A stretch of 64,000 bases of DNA from Octopus vulgaris (lineage: Eukaryota): positions 31,062,001 to 31,126,000 of the forward strand of contig OX597829.1 in NCBI GenBank assembly GCA_951406725.2, in the 5' to 3' direction. A program made the translations under genes and the position numbers. The stretch's first letter is position 1, and every line of letters begins with the position of its first letter. Below the pieces are notes generated by a model that worked only from the letters and a program-made list of their open reading frames with translations, had not been told where the DNA came from and made no database searches. Positions 1 through 11,937 of this stretch are shown one piece after another.

Positions 1-88
1 TTAGTCCTTGTTTTGCAAGTCACTTGGTGTCCTTGCTTGTCAGATCCTGTCAAACCATCCAAACTATGCCAGCGTGGAATACAAATGA

Positions 89-309
89 TAACCCTTTAGC
101 ATTCAGATTACTCTGTCAAATGTAATACGTCTTCATTCACACTGCTTTTAATTAATTGTGTGGCTTTGAAATTTTGTTGATGTGAATGTATATTTCTATT
201 ATGGTATTGAGGGTAGGTGTGATAGACTGGATCTAGTTGGTTAGTTAGAACATAAAGCATGTAGCATATTTGGGCCAGATTCAACTGGTTTAAACTGCTA
301 AAGCGTTAA
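89..309 (+). mobile_element. TTAA-type (piggyBac-like) MITE, subfamily A
   Basis: Starts (a)taaCCCTTTAGCA and ends TGCTAAAGCG-ttaa. Related copies in reverse orientation at 43095-43321 and 50814-51037. Confidence 0.65.
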
Positions 310-407
310 AAGATGATGATGATGATGTGTGTGTGTGTTAGTCTTATATTGCATGCTTTGCATTCATGGAAGAAGTGGCACTGCTATGATTATAGACTTG
401 CCTGATC

Positions 408-973
408 CAAGTTGACCAGGGACAAATATTAAAAAAAAAAAAAAATCTTTGGAAACAGAATACGAACATTGTCTGGTAAAAAAGATGAAGAGATGGTCAT
501 AGCTGGAGAGGCTATGCAAGCAGCCCAGGTTGACCAGGGGCAAAAAAAAAGAAAGAAAGCTTTGGAAACAGAATACAAACATTGTCTGGTAAAAAAGATG
601 AAGAGATGGTCATAGCTGGAGAGGCTATGCAAGCAGCCCAGGTTGACCAGGGGCAAAAAAAAAAGAAAGAAAGCTTTGGAAACAGAATACAAACATTGTC
701 TGGTAAAAAAGATGAAGAGATGGTCATAGCTGGAGAGGCTATGCAAGCAGCCCAGGTTGACCAGGGGCAAAAAAAAAAGAAAGAAAGCTTTGGAAACAGA
801 ATACAAACATTGTCTGGTAAAAAAGATGAAGAGATGGTCATAGCTGGAGAGGCTATGCAAGCAGCCCAGGTTGACCAGGGGCAAAAAAAAAAGAAAGAAA
901 GCTTTGGAAACAGAATACAAACATTGTCTGGTAAAAAAGATGAAGAGATGGTCATAGCTGGAGAGGCTATGCA
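408..973 (+). repeat. Tandem repeat, ~114-bp unit, ~5 near-identical copies
   Basis: GTTGACCAGGG recurs at 411, 529, 642, 756 and 870. Each unit holds an A-tract. The repeat produces the 38-aa repeat ORF 582-1025. Confidence 0.95.
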
Positions 974-1123
974 GCAGCAGCAGCAACAACAACAACAGCA
1001 GAAACAAAAACAACTACTGAAGTAGTAATTGCTAGTACAACAGCAACATCACCACCACCACCACTACCACCACCACTACCACCACCACCACCACCACCAC
1101 CACCAGCAACAGCAACAACAACA
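971..1123 (+). repeat. (CAG/CAA)n and (CCA)n trinucleotide tracts
   Basis: Directly visible. Confidence 0.9.
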
Positions 1124-1349
1124 ACTCTTTACCTTATAAATGTAGATAATGTTAATGTGTTTATCATTGCTTGCAACTTATGCATGTTGGTTCTTGAAGC
1201 TTTAAACTCATCCCTCCCCCCCACCTCGCTCTGTCATCCCACTCTCCCCTCCTTTCTCTGTGTTTACTTGTCCTGCTTTCCAATTTTTCTCGTTGTTTAC
1301 GTATTTCATGTTATTTGCACCATTGGTGACGCCCTGTACACATATATGC

Positions 1350-1353
<4 letters not shown>

Positions 1354-1442
<89 letters not shown>

Positions 1443-1472
1443 TATTTATTATTTATTATTTATTATTTATTA
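1354..1472. repeat. (TA)n plus (TTTATTA)n microsatellite
   Basis: Directly visible. Confidence 0.95.
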
Positions 1473-1483
1473 TTTTGGAGAGA

Positions 1484-1590
1484 GATCAGACTGGAGCCTG
1501 GTGCAGCCTCCTGGCTTCCCAGACCCCATTCGAACCGTCCAACCCATGCTAGCATGGAAAACGGACATTAAACGATGATGATGATGTTGA
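1484..1590 (+). mobile_element. RTE LINE 3' tail, 5'-truncated
   Basis: GAACCGTCCAACCCATGCTAGCATGGAAAACGGAC..AAACGATGATGATG matches the tail joined to the RTE ORF at 53595-54787. Confidence 0.8.
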
Positions 1591-1731
1591 TCTGCCTAAA
1601 ACTTATCAATTTTGTTGCATTCAAAAACTCATATCATCAAAGTGTCTATTTTCACAGTAGCAGCTAAGTATAATAAACAATATCAGTTTAGAGAAAAAAA
1701 GAAGAAACAATTTTATAACCAGGAAACTACT

Positions 1732-2745
1732 TTAACTCTTTTGTTACCATATTTCTGTTGAATTGCACTGCTTTTGTTTCCATTAATTTTGGAAAAAAAT
1801 AATGAAGGATCTTAGTAAAATTACTTTGTCATTATTAATCCTTTCGTTTCTGTATTTATTTTGAGATGCTCTGTGTTTCTTTCAATTATTTTAGATATAA
1901 CAAAGAATTTAGTAAAATAACTTAGTTATCATTCAGCTAGTGTTAGGAACATTGTGACTAAGGTTTGGTGGAAGATTTTAATTCAAAACTTATGAAAGCA
2001 AGACATTTGTACTCAGTGGCCAGAGCCAGTTTCAGCTGGGTTGGTAACGAAAGGGTTAAGCTGGAATTTGGAACATAAATTAACATGAAATTTTGATGAA
2101 AGGTTTTAATTTGTATCACTTTAACCCTTTTGTTGCCATGTATTTGTTTAAAATACACTTTGTTTCAATTAATTTTGAAAATAATGAAGGATTTAGTAAA
2201 ATAGCTTTCTTTATTATTCAGTTGATTTGGGGGTTTGGAATATAAATTAACAAGAAATTATGATAAAGGATTTTAATTTAAATTGCATTAACCCTCTTGT
2301 TATTATTATATTTCTATTGCAATACACAGTTTTTCTTTTTTCTTTTTTTTTTTTTTCAAATTTTATTTTCAAATTTTTATCAGGATAATTTACACATTGC
2401 ACCCTTAAAAACATATCTAGAAAATTTCATTTACAAAAATATGCATTTTTAAGGAAGTAATGAAGGAAACCAAGTTGGAGTGGGGTTAACACACTTCTGT
2501 AGTTATGCCTGTTTTTAACCCTTTTGTTACCATATTTTTGTTCAAAATATAATGCTTTTGTTTCAGTTAATTTTGAAAATAATGAAGAATTTGGTATAAT
2601 AATTATGTTGTTATTAAATTGGTGTTTGGATCATAAATTAACATGAAATTTTGATGGATGGTTTTAATATGAATCACTTTAAGACAAAATGTTTGTATCA
2701 TATAACAAGAGGCTATCTTAAGGGGATTAGTATCAAAAGAGTTAA
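1732..2745 (+). mobile_element. Cluster of nested TTAA-type MITEs
   Basis: Repeated ttaaC(C/T)CTTT starts at ~1732, 1836, 2121, 2288 and 2515. Ends AAAGGGttaa (2058) and AAAGAGttaa (2745). Confidence 0.75.
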
Positions 2746-2751
2746 TATATA

Positions 2752-2903
2752 GGTGAAGTTGTGTTGTAAGAAGTTTACATCCCAACCACATGGTTCCAGG
2801 TTCTGTCCTACTGCACCTTGAGCAAATGTCTTCTACTATAGTCTTGGGCCAACCAAAGTCTTGTAAGTGAATTTGGTAAATGAAATCTGAAAGAAGTCTG
2901 TCA
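2752..2903 (+). mobile_element. tRNA-derived SINE family 1 (5' half)
   Basis: Matches the head of the full copy at 56867-57268. Confidence 0.75.
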
Positions 2904-2958
2904 TCTCTGTCTGTCTGTCTATCTATCTATCTATATACATATATAATATATATATATA

Positions 2959-3242
2959 TATCACCGTGATCACCGTGACCAACCAGGCTATCAGATGTTG
3001 CTACACATCGCTGGTCACAATGCACTTCCCATTGTTTTAGCCTTCAAATGACGCCACCCCACTGGCCAACAGAAGAAAGAGTGAGAGAAAGTTTTGGTGA
3101 AAGAGTACAGCAGGGATCGCCACCACCCCCTGCTGGAGCCTTGTGGAGCTTTAGATGTTTACACTCAATAAACACTCACAATGCCCGGTCTGCGAATTGA
3201 AACCGCGAGTCAACTATCCTAACCACTGGGCCATTGTGCCTC

Positions 3243-3246
<4 letters not shown>
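2959..3246 (-). mobile_element. tRNA-derived SINE family 3
   Basis: Reverse complement of 42479-42762; flanked by (TA)n/(CA)n. Confidence 0.8.
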
Positions 3247-3302
<56 letters not shown>

Positions 3303-4142
3303 AGAGGTGACACCAGGCCATCAGCGTCACTCAGGCTCATCACAGATTTCACATAAAACACATGCCTGTTTGAAGAATTCCCCATTTTGCTGTGACATTT
3401 CTAGCCCCAAATGGCTTATTTTTCATATCTAGCACTATATCTTTCTCCATTGCTGAGTTAAAGGTAAAAATAAAGCAATCCTGGAAAACACAACTGATCT
3501 TTATACACAGATGCACAGAATAACAGCAATCAAATAATGACAATGGAGTGCACAATAAACAGCAGTGATCTGACTGTTGCCTGTACTCTTGATCAGAAAT
3601 GCCAGTTAGTCTTTTTACACCTACCAGGCTCACTCGTATTAGCCCACGTTGCTGGATAATTTTTCATTCTTTTAAGAATATTGTAGAATGGAAACTTTTC
3701 ATAAATTGGAATTTAAATCCTAATCTCTATAAAAATCTATTGCTTCGAGAAAACATTGAATTTGAATTATTTTAAATTTTTATAATTATAGATAACAACT
3801 TGGGCTATAATTTCTGAGCCCGAGTCAGGCGCATATGAATGATGTCAAGAGAATGTTTGTTACGAAAGATGTTTTTTGACACAGGGCATATCTAAGACAG
3901 TGAGCAAAAATAAATGAATTGCGACCAGGCTCAATAAAAGGGGACTGAGTTATTGGCTGCGATTACATACTTGAAGTCAGTGTTGGCAGAAATTAAATCA
4001 GCTTGGAAATACACCTTCGCTTTATAAATTTATACTCAGACTAAGCATGAGCAGCCTGACTGCCAGAGTCACCACTGATATATATATATATATATATATA
4101 TATACATGCACATATACGTACATACATATATGTACATATATA

Positions 4143-4276
4143 TAGGAGTAAATGTAAGGACAAGCAAGTTAGGCAAGTCGATTTACAAAGATTATTAAAT
4201 ACTTTTAATACAAAATGTATTTAATATATTTTGCATATCAACTTACCTAACTTGCTTCTCCTTACATTTACTCCTC
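4143..4276. repeat. Imperfect palindrome, ~65-bp arms
   Basis: AGGAGTAAATGTAAGGA..AAGCAAGTTAGG pairs with CCTAACTTGCTT..TCCTTACATTTACTCCT. Confidence 0.85.
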
Positions 4277-4572
4277 TACCTGCTCAAATTCAAATCTCTT
4301 GAGTACTACAAAGTGTATTCTATACAGTGAACACCTGTCTTTAATCTAAAAACTATATATATATATATATATAAGTAGTTGAATGAATTATCTTAGTATG
4401 GATGATTCGGTTAACCGATACCTGGGTAGCAAATTCATGTCAGAAAAACACGGTTGAAGCTACATGCCAAGGGCAGAGATCACATGCTTTCGTGTGGAAA
4501 TTTGTGCAGCCTTCGAAACATATGTCGAGAATAAAGGAATTTTGTTAAATCGTCGTTCAACTCCATTCTTTC

Positions 4573-4610
<38 letters not shown>

Positions 4611-4769
4611 CGGTTTGTATGATGGTGTATAGAGGGATATATATTATTCAAAGGAATTCCAACTCTGTCTGTTTTTTTATGTTTTATTTATATTCTTTAT
4701 AATATTAATGTAGAATATAGAATATATAGTATAAATAGTATATATAGTAAAATGAAATGAAGTATTGAA

Positions 4770-5030
4770 CATTTTGTATGCGGTGGATGGCATGATTTAA
4801 AATTCAGCTATTGGTGTGTATCTGTGCGTTTGTAATATATATCTGTGGAAATGGCAGTGTTCTTTTTAATCACCATAATATCTAGGAATGGTAATTTGGT
4901 ACTGCTCATCTCCTTTGTAAATTGGATGGATGGGTGAAGGTTGTTCAGGAGGATGTTGAATTTTTCCACAGTGTTTTGAGATTTTTTCCAGATTATGAAG
5001 CAATCATCAAGGTATCTCTTCCATTTTAAA
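4770..5030 (-). pseudogene. Penelope-like element RT fragment, inverted segment
   Basis: KWKRYLDDCFIIW..LHPSIQFTKE..LPFLDIMV..TDIYYKRTDTHQ*LNFKSCHPPHTK: YLDD catalytic motif plus typical PLE thumb motifs. Confidence 0.88.
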
Positions 5031-5565
5031 TCGTGCCATCCACCGCATACAAAACGTAACATCCCATACTGCTTAGCCAGAAGAATCTGTACTATTGTAG
5101 AGGATCTAAAGACCAGAAATCAGCACCTGATGGAACTGAAAGGATTTCTGCTCAAACAAAAATACCTGTCTCTACTTATAGAAAATGGTATTCAGTGGGC
5201 TATGAAAATACCTATACAACAACTGAGGGCACAACAAAGAAGAGGAAAACAAGAACAAATCATACCATTTATAGTGACACACAATCCATGCCACCAGAAC
5301 ATTTTCAATATCGCTAAAGCAAACCTACCAATCATTGCACAAAGTAAGGACTTGAGAAATATCATTACAGATCAGACTTTAACTCTCAGCAAGAGACAGC
5401 CTAAAAGCTTGAAAAAGTTATTAACAAAGGCAAGGTTTGTCCTTAGCAACAAAGATCAATCATTCACTGTGTCTAAATGCAATGATAGCCGATTAATTCA
5501 TACCGGCCCATATATGAACACAAAAACAAGGAAAATATTCACAAATGCGAACATGAACTGCAAAA
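5022..5565 (+). pseudogene. Penelope-like element, post-RT linker leading towards GIY-YIG
   Basis: FKSCHPPHTKRNIPYCLARRICTIV..IIPFIVTHNP..KRQPKSLKKLLTKA..SKCNDSR. Confidence 0.85.
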
Positions 5566-5875
5566 GATCACTTAATGTCCATTTCCCATGCTGGAAATTT
5601 TACTAAGTATACCTATATATACACTTTCAACTAAAATTTAAGATTTAATTCTAATTTAAAATGACAACCCTAAATATTAGGCGTCACAACACAAGTGTTC
5701 TTGGCATGTCTCTTATCAGAAACTTTCTGCAAATTGTGTTAAATACTATTTTTAGTCTTTCAAATGGTTTCCTAGTCCCACAGTTACCAATCCCAGATTT
5801 TCATCACTTACTCATTCCACTTCCTTTGCTGTTTGGATGAATTTAGAATTAATGGGAAGATTTGACATGAATATG

Positions 5876-5906
<31 letters not shown>

Positions 5907-6249
5907 AATTTAACATCCTCCTATGCTGGATACCTCAGATGGAATGAGAGAGAGAAAGAGAGAAAGAGAGGGGGGGCAGAGAGAAGATGGTGAAAACGTG
6001 ATGGGAGTGGGGGTACACTCAAGTTATGTGGAAGTGTATGTACATGACATAGGACCAAAGATTGGATTGGGTCAATGAGTGGGTAAGCTTGTGAGACTGT
6101 GAAAGGCAAGTGGTAGATGGTTTGGAACTGTAGTGAGTGGACACAAGTAGAGGAGTGGGATTAGGGGGATATGTTGTGTGTTGTGTGGATGAGAAAGATT
6201 CGACAGGGACACATTGTGCACAGATATGCTCACAAGGGTGAGAAGAGAG

Positions 6250-7650
6250 AGCAGGACATGAAAGGAAGTAGAATACAGTCCTTTGACATCTCAGCGAGGC
6301 TCAACATCATTTCACCACTTTGTGCTATGTTTTTCTAGGTCTTCTTCTTTCTCAGATTCCCTCCACAATTAGAGATCAGCACTTCTTTATACAGCTGTCT
6401 ACATGACCATACCAGTGCAGTCTTTTCTCTTGCACACCACATCTGATGCCTCTTATGCCCAGTTCTTCTTTCAAAAAACAATTTACACTTTGTTGTACAT
6501 GCACACTGCCATTGTACACGTAACAGTGCATACTAACTTCATTTCTTTCAAGCTTTCACGTGACCCAGGCATTCACTATCCACATTCCACTTCTGTGTAG
6601 TACAACTATTTGTACACAAACATCATACACTCTGCCTTTCACTCTGAGAGAGAAGTCCTTTGTTGTCAACAAAGGTGATAGTTTTCTGAACTACCTCTAG
6701 TTGGTTCTTATACTAGCAATCATACTTTCAGAGCATCCTCCTCCATTTCTAATTAGGTCACCTAGATAATGAACGCTATACATCCAATGATCCTACTAAG
6801 CATTTGAGGAAATCTATTTCATGAACATTCTTAGCGTTTATTGTTCCTGCATATCTGCCAGACACAGAGACTACTTTGTCTGTTAACCTTCCAATGATTC
6901 CATTGCAAATCTTATGTATCCATAATTTGCATTGGGTAAGGAATTTCCACCTACACCTTTTCTACAAATCAAGCAGGGCCATTTCCCTGAAGGAATTAGT
7001 AATCTGTCTGATTTCCAGGTTACTAAGTTATCTTTAAGGCCCTTTGATTCTAGGCTTTGCCTCCACACTGGAAATTTCTTCTCTAATTCTACTACAGATC
7101 ATCAGCATAGAAGAGCTCTCATGGAAAACAAGCTTTAAATTCCTCTTTTATAGTCTAGAGGACTATGATAAATAAGAGTGGGCTGAGAACTGAACCCTGG
7201 TGAACTCCTCTTTGCATGCTTAGTTCATTGCTATAGTTATTTCTGATTTTCAGCTTCTAACAACACTTCTGTACATAGCTTGGACATCTCTCCCTAGTCA
7301 CTCATTTACCCCTTGCTTCCATAGCAACCACCAGATGAAAGAGCAAGGGATCCTGTCAAAGGCTTTCTCCAACTCAACAAATGCAAAGTACAGCAGTTTA
7401 TTTTTGGTTACATGGTTCTCATGCAGTTGCCTTACTAAGAATATAACATCAGCAGTGCTTTTCCATAGCATAAAACCATACTGCATCTTATCTAGACTTA
7501 TGCTCTTCCCAATTGATTGAGCCAAGATCCTTTCTGTAACTTTCATGACCTGGTCCAACAATTTGATACCTCTGCAATTATTTCTTTCTAAGGCATTTTC
7601 TTTAAACTTGTAATACTCGACTATAATGCTGCTACATCAGTTGTTGCAAA
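6250..7650 (-). pseudogene. Degenerate RTE-clade LINE (RT and C-terminal region)
   Basis: LDQVMKVTERIL..QYGFM..STADVIFLVRQL..FAFVELEKAFDRIP..WWLL; WPCLICRKGVGGNS; many stops and frameshifts. Confidence 0.85.
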
Positions 7651-7964
7651 TTGATTTGGTAAACACAAACTGAGAGAAGCATCTATCTACGTATGCCTCC
7701 CTATTTCATGGTATCACTCTTACACAGACACCATCACTTTAACACACACACTCATTCACACACACAGAGACAAACACAGACACAGACAGACAGACAGACA
7801 GACAGGCGGACGGACGGACTGATGGATGAATGTATAGATATAACTATATACATATATATATATATATATGTATATACATATATATATGTGTGTGTGTGTA
7901 TATATAAATACTCACACAAACATACATGCATACATACATACATACATATATATATATATATACA

Positions 7965-8122
7965 TAGGAGTGACTGAGTGGTAAGTAGCTTGCTAGCCCC
8001 AACCACATGGTTCTGGGTTCAGTCCCACAGTGTGGCACCTTGGGCAAGTGTCTTCTGTTATAGCCTTGAGCTGACGAAAGCCTTGTGAGTGAATTTGGCA
8101 GATGGAAACTGAAAGAACCCCA
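7965..8122 (+). mobile_element. tRNA-derived SINE family 1 (5' half)
   Basis: AGGAGTG..GGTAAGTAGCTTGC..GGGTTCAGTCCC..CCTTGGGCAAGTGTC. Confidence 0.85.
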
Positions 8123-8145
8123 TATGTATGTATATATATATATAT

Positions 8146-8353
8146 GTGACCTCGTGAGTACCGCCAGCGATTTTTTTTCCTCTGTCTTCCCTTCTCAGGA
8201 TCTTTCCTTCTCCTATGTTTCCGATGAAGAGCTCCGCTCGAAACGTTAAACCCTCCTTCTTTTCTTCTTTCCTGAGTGTCCAATAATACTTTATTTGTTC
8301 CACGTCCTCGCGTTGCTGTGTTTTTTTTGTGTTTTCTTGTTTGGATTAACTTT
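8146..8353 (+). mobile_element. ~200-bp hammerhead-bearing element between (TA)n tracts
   Basis: Homologous to 41600-41808 and to a truncated copy at ~29800-29880. Confidence 0.75.
8217..8251 (+). ncRNA. Minimal type I hammerhead ribozyme-like motif (CCGAUGA variant)
   Basis: GTTT-CCGATGA-A-GAGC tcc GCTC-GAAA-CG-TT-AAAC. Stem I is GTTT/AAAC, stem II is GAGC/GCTC, and palindromic AACGTT replaces stem III. Confidence 0.6.
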
Positions 8354-9137
8354 ATATATATATATACATAAATATATCATTATCATCATCATAATTATCA
8401 CTTAACATCTGCCTTCCATGCAGGTATGGGTGGGATGATCTTGACAACATTGCTTTATGGTGCTGAATCTTGGACTCTGTACTGAAAACACACCAACCAG
8501 CTCAACACTTTTCATATGTGATGCTTGCATAGTATCTCCCAACACTCATGTGCTGCAAAGACAACTAAAAGACAATCTGAAGTGATGCAACATTCATTTC
8601 TCTTCCAGGGAAAACAATGCATCAAGATGCAGGACTTGATTTATGCATATGCCTCTGTGAGAGGTTGGGTGAGACAAAATGATTTCATGCCATTCAATAA
8701 AGTTTTCAATGTGTATTGTTAAGTTTATCATTTCTGTATTTACAATAAAAAAAAAATTATCATTTCCTAACCAGGTCTTCTCATTCAGTATAGTTCTTGT
8801 GTTCGCTGCTAAATGCATTTCTTAGGAAACCCCTTTGGTATAATCCAAAGATGATAGCTAAAACAAGAAATTCTGAGAGAAAGATCAAAAAGTGACATAT
8901 TTTAAACTCTGAAATATCTACATACAAAACATTGGAGTATGTTTGCATATTCTTATGAATAGGTAGTGTGTGCTTGATGTGCCACATCATTTCTGCCAAA
9001 CATTATTAGCATTTCAACCCTCACAGGAGTCTCTAGCCAGATGCTGCACTAGTTTCTCTCCTAGTAGCTTCTTTTAACTGGTAGTGATTTATTTCAAAAC
9101 ACACACATACAGATACACAGACACATACATATAAACA

Positions 9138-9269
9138 TATGTATGTATGTATGTATGTATGCATGCATGCCTGCATTTATGTATGTATGTATGTATGTAT
9201 GTATGTATGTATGTATGTATGTATCTATGTGTGTATGTGTGTCTGTATGTATGTATGTATGTATGTATG

Positions 9270-9303
<34 letters not shown>

Positions 9304-9349
9304 TGTATGTATGTATGTATGTATGTATGTATGTATGTATTTGTGTATG

Positions 9350-9383
<34 letters not shown>

Positions 9384-9585
9384 TGTATGTATGCAAGAAT
9401 GTATGTATGTATGCTTGAATGTATGTATGCATGTATGTATGTATGTATGTATGCGTATGCATGTATGTATGTATGTATGTATGTATGTATTTGTGTATGT
9501 ATGTATGTATGTATGTATGTATGTATGTATGCGTATGCATGTATGTATGTATGTATGTATGCGTATGTATGTATGTATGTATGTA
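9138..9585. repeat. (TATG)n microsatellite, ~450 bp
   Basis: Directly visible; source of the MYVC/HTYI ORFs. Confidence 0.97.
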
Positions 9586-9944
9586 TAAAAACCTTTACAT
9601 TCCCACCTTCTAAAATGAATATAAATACAATGAAGACATACAATCAACGCATATATTTAAGACATGCATGTACTCTTGGCAGCAGCAGATAAAATAATTT
9701 GCTATGTCACCAAAAAATGCAGATTAGTTGTTTGTCTTGAGAAATTTATGTTCTTAACTAACACATTTTGAGGTTAATGTCCACAAAGATTGAATTTTTT
9801 TTTTATCCCTCCATTGTTATAATTCCGTCGCCACAGCAAATGTCTTTACTGCTAATTCCTGATTGGTATTCATTACTTGTATATGGGTTAGTGTTATTCC
9901 AAGATGCTTGTGTTTCTAACGTTGACAACAAGGAAATGATATAC

Positions 9945-10330
9945 AGGAAGAAAAATAGGATGAATAACGATAAAGGAAAGGTGAAAAGAAATGAAGGAAG
10001 GAAGGAAGAATGAAGGCAAAGAAGAATAAAAGAAAGACTGAATAAAGAAAATGAAAAAAGAAGGAAAGAAGAAGAAAGAATGAGGCCGAAAGAATAACAA
10101 TGAATGAATGAATGAATGAATGAGTGAATGAAACAAACGGAAAAAGGAAGGAAAGAAGAATGAAAGAGAAGAATAACAATAATAAATGAATGAAAAAGGG
10201 AGGAAAGAAAAATGAATGAATAAAGCAAACAAAAATGGTGAGAAGAAAAAAGGAATAAAGAAAGAATAAAACAAATGAAAAGAAAAAACAGAGGGAAAGG
10301 CAAAGAATGAAAGAATGAAAAGAGAAATAA
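9945..10330. repeat. Purine-rich low-complexity tract (GAA/GAAT)
   Basis: Directly visible. Confidence 0.85.
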
Positions 10331-10444
10331 CTGCAGCACATTTACCACAACAACAACCCTTGTTGCTAATACCATCAACACCAGCATCAGGCCACTCTCC
10401 TTCTTTTTATTTTCTCCTCCTCCTCCTCTTTCTCCCCTTCTACC

Positions 10445-10645
10445 ACAGAACTGTTGCAGCATCAGACAAAATACTTTGCAGTATTTTTCTCCAGGCACTT
10501 TACATTCTGAGTTCAAATTCCACCAAGGTCAACACTGCCTTTCATTCCTCTGAGGTTAATAGTACAATATACCAGTTAAGTACCGGAGGTGATGTAACAG
10601 AATAACTCCACTTTCCTTAAAGGTTGCCAACTTGTACCCAAATTA
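10445..10645 (+). mobile_element. Degenerate SINE family 2 copy
   Basis: ACATTCTGAGTTCAAATTCCACCAAGGTCAAC..GCCTTTCATTCC, as in 32866-33093. Confidence 0.65.
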
Positions 10646-10662
10646 GCTAAATTAGAAGTCAC

Positions 10663-10710
<48 letters not shown>

Positions 10711-11250
10711 CATCATTATTATTATTATCATTATCATCACTATTATCAGGCCTTGTGCCTTTAAAAGAAAGGATTGTTATTATCATTATTATTATTGAGT
10801 GAGAGAACAGAGCATGCCATTGAAGTGACACTAGGGTACAAATATACAAAGCCTAATATACCCATCATGACTACCTATATGATAAGGGTACACTAGGCAC
10901 ATGCATCACAACCATATGTGCACAACATGGTGATCTCATATCAAGATAAACAGCGCATGACCTTACCTTGCAGTTGGAATTTTCTTCAGGTTGAGTAGCC
11001 CATCCTGCTCAAAAAATCTTTGAATAAGGTTTGTTTAAGGGTGATGAATAAAACCCCTCAGAAATCCTCTCAACACATGGCTATGATGCTCCCCCACTGC
11101 TTCTGCTTGAGATCAGAAATGCACTTATCGTCAACCACTAAGGGTTAAAGTCAAGCAACTGACAAGCAAATCAGTGGTATTGAGCAGAATATTTGCTGTA
11201 GCCCATCTTTTATACCAAGACAATCATCATCGTCATCGTCATCGTCATCG

Positions 11251-11281
<31 letters not shown>

Positions 11282-11430
11282 TCTTATTCATTTATTTATT
11301 TATTTTTCTGTTGTTTCACAGGATTGGTGTTTTGCTTGGTTTAATAATGATTCTTATCAAACCAGAACAGTTCTTTGTTGATACGAATATATAGGTCCTA
11401 ACTTGGCTTAACATGTATATAAGTGTGTAT

Positions 11431-11473
<43 letters not shown>

Positions 11474-11474
11474 C

Positions 11475-11513
<39 letters not shown>

Positions 11514-11937
11514 TTAGGGAGTATATCCAAACTTACAGGGAAAATTAGATTTAGGATTAAATCAAATTTCACAGTATAAATATAAATATAAATTAAATTA
11601 GAGATAAAACCACTATTAGGCAACTCAAACAGTGATAGACATAAACCAAAACATAAACTAAATATAATTAATATAATGTATAATATATATATAAAGTATA
11701 AAATATAAAATTTAAAATTTAAAATTTTTAATTTTTAAATTTATATTTAAAATTTTTTTAATTTTTGAACTTTTATTTTTTTTTATATAACTAACCAACA
11801 AGTATAAAAAAGTTAAATATAATAAGTAAAAATTTAAAAGTTTAAAAATTTAAAAATATAAAAATTTTTAAATATAAATTTAAAAATTAAAAATTTTAAT
11901 AATTTAAATTTTAAATTTCATATTTTATATATATATT

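Noticed and set aside
3300-4077. Possible hAT 5' end (minus strand CAGTGGTGGAC) with a 94-aa ORF
   Set aside because: No second TIR, TSD or transposase motif found.
4465-4545. CGAAACATATGTC, a 3' half-hammerhead with palindromic stem III (similar GAAACACGTGTA at ~60670)
   Set aside because: No recognisable CUGANGA upstream; possibly decayed copies, but not supportable.
9089-9692. Long ORFs of the MYVC/HTYI type (also the YIYI, poly-M/D/V/P/I ORFs at 1.2k, 16.4k, 23k, 42k and 45.5k)
   Set aside because: They are translations of microsatellites, open in several frames and on both strands.
9803-10516. 237-aa hydrophobic ORF resembling a membrane protein (also 22089-22671)
   Set aside because: It derives from pyrimidine-rich low-complexity sequence; the F/L/S bias is compositional.
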